Positions 10,783-24,009 of a stretch of DNA of 64,000 nt are shown one piece after another (within the stretch, counting starts at the first letter, position 1; each line of letters opens with the position of its first letter). This stretch comes from Felis catus (Eukaryota). The DNA is taken from assembly GCF_018350175.1 (NCBI RefSeq), contig NC_058368.1, positions 231,696,001 through 231,760,000 on the forward strand, written 5' to 3'. Both the position numbers and the translations under genes were made by a program. Under the pieces are notes generated by a model. The model saw only the letters and a list, made by a program, of their open reading frames with translations, searched no databases and was not told the origin of the DNA.

Positions 10783-13561
10783 TGTGTACACATTTAGATC
10801 CCTGATCTATTTGGAGTTTATTTGTATGTATGGTTTGAGGAATGGATCTAATTTTATCTTCTTCCAAATGACTAACCAGTTGTCCCAACATCATTTATCG
10901 AAGAGATTACGGTTGTGTCAGTGATTTGAGATGCCTGTTTTGCATCTTTTTCTTTGCTTTGTATTCTGCTCCACTCTTCTGTCTGTTCATGTGCCAGTAC
11001 CACACTGTTTCAATTGTATAGGATTTGTATTATGTTTTACTCTGTGGTAGGAATTATTCCTCCTCCCTCCCTGCCCCACCCACTGAGTTCTTCCTTCTCA
11101 GTGTTTTCCTGGCTGTTCTTGTGTGTTTATTTTTCTAACTTGCCCAGCTCCATCAAAAAGCTCCTTAGAATTTTTATTGGAATTGCATTACATTTATAAA
11201 CTAACTCGGGGAGAACTGACATCTGGATAACATCGAGGCTTCTCACCGATGAATAAGAGATGTTGTTCCGTTTGTTCAGTTATTTTGCAGGAGACTCATT
11301 TGCTTCTTTCCTTTCACTGCCTCCTCTCCAAGGGGTACCATGTTTTTTCTACATATCAGTGTCTCCCCCACAAGTAAGGCTTCTTCCAGGCCCCCATCTC
11401 TGGTCCCACCCACTTGCAAGTGTCTTTTCCACAGCAGGGCTAGGAATCTCCAGCTCCTGACCGGTGTTCAGTCATTTTGTGTTGATGGTTTCTCTTCCTC
11501 CTTCTGGGGGGCGGTTTCGTCGGTAGTTCTCCTAAGCCCTCTGTTCTCTCTGCTCTTTTTACTAATCCTTCCAGCCTCCCCTCTCTGCTCTTCTGCATTC
11601 AGAGGCTCTTAGTAGCAGCGAGTAAGCATGGGAGCTGTGTGGGAATCTGGTGCTTTTTCCCTCTACCCCGAGGTAACCCAAAGCTTGCTGTTTTCTCTCT
11701 CTCCTGGTAGCGCTGAAGGCATGAGTCCCTTTGAGTTTCATTTGTTTTCCTGATTGATTTCATGGTTGTTTTGGGAGGGAGGCCAAGGTTCCCAAGCAGA
11801 CCGCCATTGTTCGCCCAACCCTGAAGGTTGTGTTTTAACAAGCTTGCTGTCTAGGCAAATCTAGAGGTAGAACTCACATCAGAAGCTGTCATAGAGAGAC
11901 TTGAGTATGCTCAGAGACTGTGGAATAAGGAGGAGTACAATTTCAACTGATGAAGAAGTTCTGTGCCCCTAAAAGAAAGAGGTTTGTCTGGGGAAATTTT
12001 GAGAGCAGAAATCAGGGAATCCACATTCCGGTGATTAAGAGGAAAAGAGTTTTGGAAGGAAGTGTAAGCAAAAGCTATAAAACATAGACTGGGTAGAAAT
12101 CAGGATTTGACTTAATTTGATTGCAGTCCCTGGAGTTTTGTTTCACTCTAATATTTTTAGATAGTATATATCTAAATAACACATATATCTAATCTATCTA
12201 GTAATAATCAGGCATCCTAAGTTAGGTTGTGTCTAACTTAACGTGATAGTTACAAATAGGTGGTACAGAAGTACCAGAGAGAACCCTCACCCCCACCCCC
12301 CACCACGCCTTGGCTGTTGGCAATAAAAGAAGTCTCTGAGCTTTGACATTGGGTGTGCCTGTCCCTACTTGGGAGCTGCCATGATCATAATGCATATTTG
12401 GAGGCCGGTTTATTGTGGCCTCTGAACTCAAAGCATGGAAGCAGAAAATGGCTTTATTTTTCTCCTACTTCTATTTTTAACATCGCTCTGTGGGGCTTCG
12501 CTTCCCTACCCATTGAAGACATCTCAGGCAGATCCATACAGATTTCTCAATGCCTCAGCTCATGTGGGGGAGAAGGTTTCCTGCAAGGTAATAAAAGTCT
12601 GGTGAGGCTGAAAGCTTCAGTCTCCCATCTGGTGCAAAGCTGCTCCCAGCCCCAGGGCTGGTTGCCTCTCCTCGCGACCCCAGGACAGGGGAGGGGCAAA
12701 CTGGAGGCAACAGCCCACGTCTTCCATCCTGGGCACCGTTGTGATCCACCTGTCCTGTCTGCGTCGTGTCTCCCAAAGCTGGTGCTCCCTTGGGAGGTGC
12801 CTCCGTGGTGGTCTGGCAACCCCACAGAGATCTCTGCAAACATATCTCTGGACTCTAGAGGAGTTTGCAATCATCTCATTGCTTTCGTTCTGATGGCATA
12901 CCTACCGCCTCCTGGTGACGGGACCCCTCACCCCCATACGCTGCCCTACCGGGTGGGTGCTTCCAAACTGCTTGGCTTCGTCATCTTCTCTACATGCTTG
13001 GGGCTCGAGGGGGTCCCACGCAGGGATCCCAAGTGGGTCGCTTCTCCCTCACTCCAAAAGGGCACCGCTCCAGTCAGCTCTCATTTTCAGAGGTCTCAAG
13101 AGAGAAGCAGGCAACACCCTCAGACCCCAAGAAACACACATTTAGCTCTCCCAAGACTCCCCTTCATTTTTGCTCAGCATGTGGTGCGTTGGCTGGAGGA
13201 CGCCAATCTCCTGCCCTTGAAGTCTGTGTAGTTTTTTTCTGTTATCTCCGCTGAAGCCTCCTTTTCCTTAGTTGGAGAGGGTGGCCAAGCACCCTACTCC
13301 CTTCTTGTGATGGAGAATCTACAGTAATCTGCCCCTGGTTGGCAAGTCTTGTTTTGGCCCATTCCCTTCAATAAACTCATTTCTTCACGCACCTGCATCT
13401 GTGTATATAAATATTTTATACTATACATGTACATTATATTCTATGTTATAATAATTATGTGATATTGCATTATATACATAGATATATATAAGCTGGATTT
13501 GCACACAAATTGCATAGATTGTGCTAGATACACAATTTGGTCGTTAGGTTGGCTTTTCAGT

Positions 13562-13780
13562 TTTTATTTTTTTTTAATTTTTTAATGTTTATTTTTGAGA
13601 GATAGAGACAGAGTGTGAGTGGGGGAGGGGCAGAGAGAGAGGGAGACACAGAGTCCAAAGCGGGCTCCAGGCTCTGAGCTGTCGGCACAGATCCCGACGC
13701 GGGGCTTGAACCCACGGACCGTGAGATCATGACCTGTGCCTAAGTTGGGCGCTTCACTGACTGAGCCACCCAGGGGCCCC
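13562..13780 (-). mobile_element. CanSINE (SINEC_Fc type)
   Basis: Reverse SINE; TSD tggcttttcagt at 13550-13561 and 13781-13792. Confidence 0.96.
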
Positions 13781-13939
13781 TGGCTTTTCAGTCTTTTAAT
13801 AAGACCTGAAGGAATTGTTTCGAACTTTGTTCTGGAACAGGAGGGGACTTCTCCTTGTTTGTTGGAAGTCTTAGCCAGAATCCTGAATCAGGGGCCGTGG
13901 TGTCAATTGTAGCCAGTTACAAACACTTTCTACCATTTG

Positions 13940-14130
13940 TGATCATGTCTTATGTGCCAATTCCTATTCTAAATGCTTGAACTCATCACATACTCTTCCT
14001 CCAAGGGTATTTTTTATCTGCTCCTTTTGACAGAGCAGGGTCCCGGGGTTCAGAGAAGCAGACCATCGTGCCCAAGGTCACACATCTGGTGAGGCCAAAC
14101 CCCGACAGGGCTGGAGCGCTGTCTGCTTGT
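13940..14130 (-). mobile_element. MIR
   Basis: ggttcagagaag...gtgcccaaggtcacacatctggtga resembles the antisense MIR core. Confidence 0.6.
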
Positions 14131-15334
14131 GAAACCCGTGTTCTGTGCCGCAACCCAGTATCAGAGGATTAGGCAGGCGTCAGGGGCATCTGTTAAACTA
14201 AACCAGGCCTCCTTCTCCTGAAAGTGCAGATTACAAAGTTCAGTTGTGATGTTGTGTTTGCTGTCATGAACGCTGGTGTGGATAACAGTAGATTCCTTGG
14301 GAACCGCGGAGCTACTATTTACATCCCATTTATAGACGCGATACCCAGTAAAGATTGCAGGGTACTGCTCCTCCGGGAGGGAAATCAGCCCATCCACCAC
14401 CAGGGACCTGTTTGCGTTTCTGGCGCCTCCGTGAATGTCGATTTTTGACACAGAGCTATTTGTGCGCACGAGGCAGACATTGTCAGAGGCGTTAGGCATG
14501 TGCTACATAAAAGGCTCTGTGCTCGGTGAGAAAACTGAATGTGGCGGCCCGTCGTTCAAGGAGCAGAAGCAGCCACCACGGTTGCTTTGATACGTGGGCG
14601 TGCAGACATCCCTCTACTGGTCTTAAATGAAACAATTTTTAAACAAGTAATTATATTGCCCATAGAGGCACAAAAGGAATTCAGATCCTGAATGTGTTAT
14701 CTGTTCCGCCCTTCGGTGGACACAAGCCAGTGCCTGGTCTTCAGCCGAAGCAGACATTTAGCCATAAACCATTGGCCAGAAAGATCCTAAGTGATCAATT
14801 TCCCCCGTTATTTTAACTCCCTTGTCTCTCCTAACTGTACCACGCACATTTTTCCTCACTGACCTTCCAGCACATTCCCAGCTTTCATGAGCTTTGTACT
14901 TCAGTTATTAAATTACAAGGGAAATGGAGAAAAAGGACTGAAATCTATTTCTCAGAAATACAGCTGTGCCAGCAACGGACACCGCATGTGAAGGATGTCT
15001 CTTATCCCACTTCTCATCACATTTCAGCAAATAAATCCGACTCTCTGTGGAACAATTTTGGTGTTAGCACAAAGTAATTCCAAACAGTGGGGGGGGGGTG
15101 GGAGATGCATAATTATGACCAGCAGAAGATGGGCTCGCAAAAGCCGTGCATGAAATGATTGAGTTAGGAAAAAGCTTTGCCAGAAGCCCAAAAAATCCTT
15201 CTGTTTCCCCCTAAATTGCAAAGCATTTATTCTATTCTGCAGTGATTTACATGATAATTCCATAAAACTACTTGGTCTAAAATTATTCTGTCTGTTTGTC
15301 CTCCTCAGTAATAACATGTTCGAATTCATCTGCG

Positions 15335-15650
15335 TATTCATTCATCCACTGGACAGAATAAGAGATAGTCCTGCTCTGGTGGGCCACATAAAAGGAGGCC
15401 ATTATACTGCAGTTTAACACGTGGGTCGAGAGGGGCTGTGGAGCAAGCATCGTCGGGGAAGACAACCTATCCCAGTCTGCATGGTCATGAGAAGCCTCCC
15501 GGACGAGGCCATGCCTCGGCCGAGTCCTAGAGGAAGCTCTGGCATTGTTGAGGGTGAGATGGGACAAGATGTCCTGGGTGTAAGGGAATGGCATGACCAA
15601 GGACGGAGGGCATGGCCAAGGACACAGAAGACAGAATCGAAAGTATAAGG
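15335..15650 (-). mobile_element. L2 3' fragment
   Basis: ttcattcatcc start, gagaagcctcccggacgagg...gccgagtcctagagga, gggaatggcatgaccaaggacggagg. Confidence 0.5.
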
Positions 15651-15664
15651 AACGTGGCGAGTGG

Positions 15665-16062
15665 GTATGTTAGTTGGCTTGGACTACCATGACCAAATGC
15701 CACAACCTGGGTGGCTTACACAACGGAAATACGTGTTTTCACAGTCCTGCAGACTGGAAGTCCAAGATCAAGGTGCCAGCAGGATCAGTGTCCGGTGAGG
15801 CCCCTCTCCTTGGGTTTCAGATGGCCACCCTCTCACTATGCCCTCACGTGGCCTTTCTTCTGTGCTCCTATGGGGAGAGAGAGATCTCCACACTCTCTCT
15901 CTTCCTCTTTTAATAAGGACACTGATCCCATCATGAAGGCCCTATCTTCATGACATAACCTAACCCCAGTTACCTCACAGAGGGTCCATCTCCAAATACC
16001 ATCAGAATGGGGCATGAGATTTTAGCATATGAATTTGGCAGGACAAAATGCAGTTGATAGTA
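15665..16062 (-). mobile_element. MaLR solo LTR (MLT1A-like)
   Basis: ctggaagtccaagatcaaggtgccagcagg...ccatctccaaataccatc...gcatatgaatttgg is the reverse complement of MLT1A. Confidence 0.85.
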
Positions 16063-16079
16063 GTGTGAAATAGTGTTGA

Positions 16080-16750
16080 AATAGAATATATATAGAGAGA
16101 GAGACAGAGAGACAGAGAGATTGAAAGAGACAGAGAAAGAATTGATTCACACAATGTAGGGGTTGGAAAATGAATTGATTGGACAAGCCAGCAGGCAGGA
16201 AATGCTGATATGGGCTGAGGTTACAGTGTTGCATCTGAATTCTACATGACTGCCCAGGTGGGCTGGAAACTCAGGCAAGGTTTCCAGGTTGGGGTCATAA
16301 GACCAAATTCCTTCTTATTCAGAAAGCCTCAATCTTTGCTTTTTTAGGCCTGCAACTGATTGGATGAGGCCCATCCACATTATGGAGAACAATCTGTACT
16401 ACTCAAAGCCCACCAATTTAAAATTTTAAAAGTTTATTTATTTTTGAGAGAAAGACAGAGTGCGAATGGGGGGGGGGGGCAGAGAGAGGGAGACACGGAA
16501 TGTGAAGCAGCCTCCAGGCTCTGAGCTGTCACACAGAGCCTGATGGAAGGCTTAACCCACGAACTGTGAGATCATGACCTGAGTCGAAGTCGGATGCTTA
16601 ACTGACTGGGTCACCCAGGCACCCCCAAAGCCCACCAATTTAAATGTTAGTCTAAAATCTAAAAAATGCCTTCATGGCAACATCTAGATTAGTGTTTGAC
16701 TGAACAATTGGACACCGAAGCCCAGCCAAGTTGACACGTGAAACCGTCCT
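16080..16750 (-). mobile_element. ERVL solo LTR (MLT2-like), interrupted by a SINE
   Basis: caactgattggatgaggcccatccacattatggag and cccagccaagttgacac are MLT2 hallmarks. Confidence 0.8.
16423..16625 (-). mobile_element. CanSINE inside MLT2
   Basis: TSD caaagcccaccaatttaaa at 16404-16422 and 16626-16644. Confidence 0.95.
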
Positions 16751-16864
16751 GGTGGGTTGAGTGGGATGAGTCAAGGAGGGGTGAGCATGAGAAATTAATG
16801 GTCTGGGGCTGGATTCCAGAAAAGCCAGACTGTGCCAATGAACCACCCCTGCCCTATAGATCTG

Positions 16865-17520
16865 GAATCATAAGGACACATGTCTAAAGGGGCCAGGCAG
16901 GTGAGACAAATGAGTGAACTGAGACCTGCTTATGTTTCTTATACACTTTGTACACATATCAAACACATGAGAATGTTGCTTTTTTTGTAAAGAAAGATGT
17001 TTTCCCGATTTCTTTTTTAATAGAGCCCTTTTGGTCTATTTCCCCCCCACTTTTGGTAGGGACATGAATACACAAGAATATATCTCTGTTATAACCAAAT
17101 AATGGTGCGGGCAAGGATAAAAATGGCAACTATCGCATGCCCTTATTACTGTTGAGGAGGAAACCTGATACGTTGGAGGGTACCATATTTATTTTCGAGA
17201 GAGGGAGAGAGAGTGCACACACAAGCAGGGTAGGGGCAGAGAGAGAGGGAGACAGAAGATCTGAAGAAGGGTCTGCACTGAAAGTGGAGAGCCCAATGCA
17301 GGGCTCGAACTCACGAACCGTGAGATCATGACCTGAGCCAAAGTCAAACATTGAGCCAACTGGGCCACCCAGGCTCCCCAGACGGTGCCTGTTTTGTAAA
17401 GGGGGCAGCCAAGCCACTGGCCCAGCTCATGGTGCTCTACAGACACGTGAAACTAGTGTGGCCAGATGTTCTGATGTTTATGTGACGTCTCCCAATCTTG
17501 GAACATCAGTTCGAAATACC
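16865..17520. mobile_element. hAT-Charlie MITE remnant (MER102-like), interrupted by a SINE
   Basis: ggggccaggcaggtga...aaatgagtgaa and agtgtggccagatgttctgatgtttatgtgacgtctcccaat resemble MER102; weak match. Confidence 0.4.
17186..17379 (-). mobile_element. CanSINE
   Basis: Reverse SINE with GAGATCATGACCTGAGCC, ending CCACCCAGGCTCCCC. Confidence 0.93.
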
Positions 17521-17631
17521 TGCAAGGACTCTGTAGCCAAAACTCATCTGCTTGCCATGCCAGCTCCTCTGCTCCAAGTGGTGGGGACCATTTACAGGTT
17601 GTAGATGGCACCCTTTCATGCAAAGTGAATT

Positions 17632-17850
17632 CGGTATCCGTCACTGCATCGCGAATGATTCCCCAAGTCTTGTGGCTCAAAACAACACACACTTATTACC
17701 ATTGTCTATGGATCAGGAAATTGGGGAGCAGCCTGGGTGGGCGGTTCTGGCTTGGGATTTCTTATTGGTGTGGGTTAAGGTGTTAGCCAAGGGCTTGACT
17801 GGGGTGGGAGGACCCAGCCTTACTCACAAGGCTGTGGGCAGGAGGCCAAC
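17632..17850 (-). mobile_element. Old MLT1 LTR fragment
   Basis: ccccaagtcttgtggctcaaaacaac...ggatcaggaaattgggg...aagggcttgactggggtgggagga. Confidence 0.6.
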
Positions 17851-20133
17851 ATCGCTGGCATCACGCTTAGCACACGTTAGGCCACGAACAAATGTGTGCT
17901 GAGGAAGTAAACAAGTGATTGGTGGGGGGAACGATGAGGCTTGCACACAGGCAGCCGTCACGGCTCTAAGAAAAAAAGACCAGTTGTCTGTGTAGGGGGA
18001 TAGAGCCACAATGTAGACCACGTGTCACAGATCCTGGTAAAGCAGGTAATCAACGTACTCAGAAGCTAGACTGGAAAAAAGAAGTTCAACAGTACAGAAA
18101 GGGAGACATACGCCACTTTATGAGGGCATTTCCCCTCCATGTACACATTACTTTCTATGGTGCATCGCTTTTGAAGACATCACTGTCTACATTTTTGCCG
18201 AGGAAGACGACGTCGGAGAGAAGAAAATCAAGGGAGCAAAATAGAACGTGCCACATGGCACGGGATGTTAAGGATTCTCACCTGAGAACCAGAGGAAAGG
18301 GCCCGTCTGTAGCCGTGCAGCACCTGCCGTCCATACTGCCTGCTCGCTCTTTGAAGCCAAGTGGCCCTCAAGCCTCGGAGCGCCTGTCGGCCAGTTATTT
18401 TCATTTGAAGAGTCCCCCCGTGGGTCCTTCTTTCTTCCCCTTTGGACTTTGAAGTTTATTTCCGTCTTCTGGGCTGCCTTCAAATGATAATACGCCCTAG
18501 CAGAGGCCCACACCGCAAAGACGGAATATTTATGGTCGAGTCTTTTGTGTCCCTCATTGTCAGCAGACACCAGAAATAGGGTTTCAGAGGGAGACGCCAC
18601 GAGGGAGCTCATCCAGCAGCCCCAGGCAGACAGCGGCGTCCTGCGGTGTTTGGCTGGGAGCAAATAGGTTTGCACCGGCAAGTTCCATGGGGTCTAGACG
18701 GGGTCTTTGCTGCTAATCTGAGTCGGTTTGCAATTGCTTCCCTCCAGAGTCAGCCCTGGTTCCAGAACATTATACAGTGCAAAAGCTCAGGGGGTGGGGG
18801 GGCTAGGTCAAGAGCTCCACGGGGGCTGTGCGGCGCTTAGCCCTACGTGGTTCCTCCGGGTGAGCAGACTCTCTGGTCTCCTTAGCCTGCCTGGGGCACG
18901 GGAATGTTTGAGGCTGTCTAGGATCCTGCATGGCGGGACCAGACATGCCCCATCATGGTTTCTTCTCAGTGTCTGGAAGCTCAGCTTGGGATTTGGGGTG
19001 CACTTGGGTGGAGGGAAGTCCCTCTGTTCTCCTTGTGCTCCTGTGTCCTCACTCCTGCCCCCAACTCCACCACCAGCCGGAGGGAATCCTTCCCTAGGCT
19101 TGAGGAAATCATTCTCCTCTCGAGGTCTTGGATATTTTGTCTCTGGATTCTTCTCATGGCTTTGGAGCAGCTATTCCTGTTAAGGGTAAGAAACTTTACG
19201 GTCTTAGGGTCGTTCTGCCCTTCGCTCTCTCACGTCCCACCCCCAAGGCAGAGTGATTCATAAATACCCGCTTGCCTGGGGGAGACCCTTGGCAAAGAGG
19301 GGAACTGAGTGAAGAAAATACCCACAGGCAAGAAACACAACATTGTTTAATATCTCAAAATATGCCCCTAATGGAAGGGCCAGCTGTCCTTTAGCCAGGT
19401 CTTGCCAAGACTGCAGCCCCCTCCCCACCACAGCCAGGGCTTGGGACTGGCCTTCCCATTCTCCTCGGGGTGCATGGTGAGTCCAGAGCACCCACATGGC
19501 CCCAAGCTGTGCTTTCCCACCTGCCTTCTCCCTGCTTCCCTGTTCTGACCTCGGATGCACTGGATATGCACGGCTGTATGGCTCAACTAATACTTTGCTT
19601 CCAAAGACGTGTCTCTGATGAGAAAAGGGCTTCTCCCTGAAGCCTTGCCTGGTTGCATGGAACATGGCCGTCACATCTAAGGGTCACTGGCCTGGTCCCC
19701 ACCAGTGCTTGGGCTTTGGCTCAGAATATAACAAAGCCAATGAGAACCATGGCCCTTGGAACCGTGAACCAGCCATCTGTGACTCCACAAGTTTCTTAGC
19801 ACCCCCATAGATCTACCTGATGGTTCCTTCTTGGGCATGACTTGGTCCAGTGGAGCCTGACCTGGGCTCCAGGGTTTTAGGTTGCTTGTCTTGAAGGCCA
19901 CACCAATTCTCCTGTTGTCCAGTATGAGCACAGCTCAGCTTCCTTATCCCCTCTGGCCCTGGGTCATCTTGGCATCCTGTCAGGCTGGGGCAACCACATT
20001 CGAACTGTTAACGTGGAAAAAGGTGCAGGTTTGTAGCAGAAAGGCCCAGAATTATTTGGCTGGCGGTGGGGGGGGGGGGTTCAGGGAAGATGTAAAGACA
20101 AACATTCATCTTCGGGGCCTAAGTTGGGGTGGG

Positions 20134-20346
20134 TTTTTTTGGTATTTATTTAATAGACAGGTGGGGAGAGAGAGAGAGAGAGAGCAAGCATGAATGGAGG
20201 AGGGGCAGAGAGAGAGAAAGAGAGAGAATCCCAAGCAGGCTGTGTGCCATCAGCACAGAGGGGCTCACACCCATGAACAGTGAGGTCATGACCTGAGCCA
20301 AAATGAAGCATCAGACACTTAAGTGACTGAGGCACCCAGGCGCCCC
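20134..20346 (-). mobile_element. CanSINE (older subfamily)
   Basis: Reverse SINE with GAGAATCCCAAGCAGGCT, ending CACCCAGGCGCCCC; degenerate TSD. Confidence 0.93.
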
Positions 20347-20784
20347 TTCTAGGCCTGAGTTCTGATACAGATCAAAACGCTACACATGTTTCTAACAGAG
20401 TCGATTTGGGAAGAATGTGGCTTAAGAATGAGCCAAGGGGCTCACCAACTCCTTCCCTCCAACTCGGATGTGGCCCCAGAGCTCACCAAAGGCAACTCAC
20501 CTACATCCCTGCATCTCACTGGGCCCAGTGGGGTGGACTTCATGCCTCCAGACTGTCCTTTTCTAGCATGGGAAGCCCAGTACCCTGGAAACCCCTTGGT
20601 CCCAGCATACGGGGGAGGGGGCAATTGGTCACCTTAGACCCCTAGACTGCCCCGGGCACAAGAGTAAGTTGATCAGAGTGATGTTTAGGAGGGTTTGGGG
20701 GGCTTTTAGATACTACCATTTGGAATCAAATGCCATTTTTAGTTTACATTTCTGAATCAGTATGGCTTCTCTTCATTAAATAGT

Positions 20785-21740
20785 TGGTTATTAGGAAGGC
20801 GATGTATGCATGCCCACAGGAAGTCACTTAAACAGGACAGGACAGTACCTGTAAAAAAAGTTAGAAATCAGCCTCTGTTCCCAACCTTCCCTGTTTTATA
20901 TCTTCTAGCCAGGGACAGCCACTCTCAGTGGTTTCCTAGTGTTGGTGTACAAATATTCAACGTATACAGATGTCTCTCCATGCACAGGTGTGCGTGCATT
21001 AACATTTCCCCTTTTTTTTGGCAGCAACTCTGTTTTGAAGTTTCACCGGTAAGAGCCCCTATACGTTTATTTAGGTTTTAAAACCTGACTGTATAGTTTT
21101 CTTCCCACCAAAAACCAACGTCCAGTTGGCTCCTCGGGGGCATTTAGCTTGTGCTTGGTTTCCTGCGATCACGAACGATCTGGGATGGGTAAACTCGAAG
21201 CACATTTGTGCACGCGTGCCTGCTGGATACACGGCTGTAAGAGGAAAGGTCGTGCGACAGGATATGTGTGGTTCACACTCCGACAGCTACGGGGTGTGCG
21301 CCAATCCACGGCACCAAGTCGCAGTCCCGTTCACAGTGTGGGAGAACGTCTACTTTCAAACTTGCTCATCACCTCTGGGCTTATCACACGTCTCGACCTT
21401 TGGCGATCTGATGGCAAAAAACAAACTACAGCTTTTTTTGAGAGAGAGCGTGAGCGGGAGTGAGGGAGAGGGACAGAGGGAGAGGGAGAGGGAGGGAGAG
21501 AATCTTAAGCAGGCTCCACACCCAGTGCAGAGACAACGTGGGGCTCGATCTCATGCCTATAACATCATGGCCTGAGCCAAAATCAAGAGTCAGACACTCA
21601 ACTGACTGAGCCACCCAGGTGCCCCAACAAACTGCAATTTCATTTGCATTATTTCAGTTGTAGACTGGGTCGAACCTCAGTTATGTGTCAGTTGGACACC
21701 TGTCCAATTTTTGTGCGTGTGGACTAGTTTTTCCCGTCCT
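20785..21740 (-). mobile_element. Ancient L1ME-like 3' remnant, interrupted by a SINE
   Basis: ggcatttagcttgtgcttggtttcctgcgatc, catttgcattatttcagttg and flanks resemble an antisense L1ME 3' end; very diverged. Confidence 0.45.
21431..21625 (-). mobile_element. CanSINE (older subfamily)
   Basis: GAGAATCTTAAGCAGGCTCC...CCACCCAGGTGCCCC; TSD aacaaact[a/g]ca at 21420-21430 and 21626-21636. Confidence 0.93.
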
Positions 21741-23617
21741 CTGTCCACGTTTCCCCTTCCGTTTTTGAAATCTGCATGCTTCTGCGTCTTTAGAAGTCTA
21801 TAGTTTTAAGTTGATTGTATTTGGTTTCTTCCTCATGAATTGCCTTCTGTTGCTCCTTCAGGGTATTAACTATTTACATTTAAATATTTAAATCTCAGTG
21901 CAGTTCATGAACAGCCAGCCTACAGCTCATGGGATCTCTTTCACATTACCAAATTAGACTTGTAGTATCTAAATTATTTTTTTCTCAGTGGAGCTGTTGC
22001 TGCAGGAAGTAGATAAAGAGCAAGGGTCGTCTTAAAAAAAAGGAGATAACTCTGGGGAGGGGTAAGTTTTTGAGGGAAGAAACGGCAATAGCAAAAATTG
22101 GTGTAAGAATAACCTAAAAAGCTAAAGCACTCTTAAGCCCAAGGGCTTCAACACTTATGATCTGAATTCAACTTTCAGCCCCCAGATTTTTGAAGGTTTA
22201 GGGAAATCATGGCATTTGTTTTGTCTCTTAATTTCCTCACCCATCAGTGTCGATTAATATTTTCTACTTAATCTAAATGGAGCATAGTGCGGTCAAAAAA
22301 TTTCTAGGCTAGGAATTCAGGGAAAATGAGTATTTGTGTGATTTTCCTACAGATCAGCTTTGTAACTTTGACCACTTTGCAATCAATTTCCATTAACGTG
22401 AAGTTGAATCTCCCGGCCCTTAATTCTTGGTCTTATGGGATATCAGTTGTTCTCAGAGCAAGGATTTCATCCAGTGGCGAAGACATGTCATCTTTGAAAA
22501 ATATGAACAAATCCTTTGGTCAGCCGTGTTCCCTCATCCACTCAAACCTGAAGTAGGGCAGTTAGGGGCACAGACGCAGTGTCAGCAAGGTTCTGAGCCT
22601 TCACCTGAGAATGACACTAATGCCAGGTTTCCCCAAAGACCTTGTTCTTTCATGTTCCAAGGAAGGTTTCTTGGTGGCCATGTTAGTTCTACTCACTGAC
22701 TCGCCATCCTCGCTGTCCAAGGATTGGTCTGCTTTCTTCGGCTGAGTCGGGTGACCCTTTGTGATACGTGGTTGGATCCCTTCTGCCTGGTTGTTCCCTT
22801 CTTGTCTCCACGGGGCCCTTGTGGCTTCCCCCAAATGCTTGCTGTATGAAATGAGGGCCCCCTAAAGTGACTGTGCTACTGGTGGCACAATCTGACCAGT
22901 GTGATGAGCTCCATTTCTAAAGCACTCATCACTGTTGTAGACTTGTTCATTCATTTTTTTCCCAGCCTTCTCTTTGGAGGATGTTGGTTTGGGAAGTCCC
23001 AGAGTCGATGACTCTATCTAACAGTATCATATCACAAAGCTCTGCGCCACAGATAAGCCATAGCGCCTGATAGAATGCCAGTACCATTTCCTCCTTTCGA
23101 TGTCTCCCAGTCCCAAAGGAACTGCCCTCTAACTGCTGGAAGAAGGGGTGCCCTTCATTCTGGTATCATGGGTACTGATTGACTAGAGGCCCAAGTCTCT
23201 ACCGACATCTTCTCTCAGGAGGCCAACCAAGTCTTCAGGCCCATGCGGCCGAAGCCCAAGTCCTAGAGTCTAGCTTTGTTTCTGCATTAAGGTGACAACA
23301 TTAAAGGAGGTACTCCGTAGACCCTTTCCCTTCCTTACTGACCTCCCTCTTGCATTGGATTATTTTTTCCCTCCTTTCTTGAAACTTTCCTTTCCCTTTC
23401 CCTTCTCTTTCTCTCCTCTGTTGACCTCCCCCCAGCTTGTTCTCCCTTGATTTCTTTTCCTCTGTCTGATGGATCAGTCACTTTTGCCTGCTCTGTCTGT
23501 CTTTCCACTACCTCTTAAAACTGCCTTCCTCCGGCACTCTTCTTCCACCGTCCTCTCTTGTAGCTTCCCAAGGTCATTCTGGGCGCTGTCCTCTGGGTGA
23601 TTTTAAATGACTGATTT

Positions 23618-23740
23618 GTATCAGTTGGCTATTTCTGCATAACACATCACCCCCCAAATTTAGTGGCTTGAAATAATAACTATGTAACTCATTGTTCTTC
23701 TGATTGGCCATTTAGGCTGGACTGAGCTGGATGAGTTTAT
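23618..23740 (-). mobile_element. MLT1 LTR terminal fragment
   Basis: tgtatcagttggctatttctgcataacacatcacccccaaatttagtggcttgaaataataac. Confidence 0.6.
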
Positions 23741-23784
23741 GTGCACTTATAAATTTCTACTCATCATGAGTTTCCTTTTATTTC

Positions 23785-24009
23785 CAAGGTTGTTCACCTG
23801 TGACACTATTGGAGGTTTAGACTAGATAACTCTTTGTTGGAAGGGCTGTCCTGTGTATTGTAGGATGTTTGGCAACTTCTCCGACGTGTACCTGTTAGGT
23901 GCTGGTAGAAAACCCTCCTCCTCAGTGTGACAGTCCAAACTGTCTCCAGACATGGCAAAATGTCCCTTGGCATGGGGGTGAGAGCACAGCCCCTGGTTGA
24001 GAAGCACTA
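23785..24009. mobile_element. MER20 hAT-Charlie MITE, full length
   Basis: gggctgtcctgtgtattgtaggatgtttggc...tgtctccagacatggcaaaatgtccc...ggttgagaagcact matches MER20 over about 225 bp. Confidence 0.85.

Larger units (their letters stand above)
10441..11285 (-). mobile_element. Old L1M ORF2 remnant
   Basis: T-rich antisense L1 motifs: ccagttgtcccaacatcattt, gtgccagtaccacactgttt, tttttattggaattgcattacatttata. Confidence 0.65.

Noticed and set aside
14161..14499. 112-aa minus-strand ORF with protein-like composition
   Set aside because: No recognisable family and no convincing flanking splice sites; kept only as part of a candidate non-coding block.
18646..19931. Several 100-150 aa ORFs in GC-rich unique sequence
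   Set aside because: Overlapping in multiple frames, Ser/Leu/Pro/Gly-biased, with no homology or exon structure I can support.
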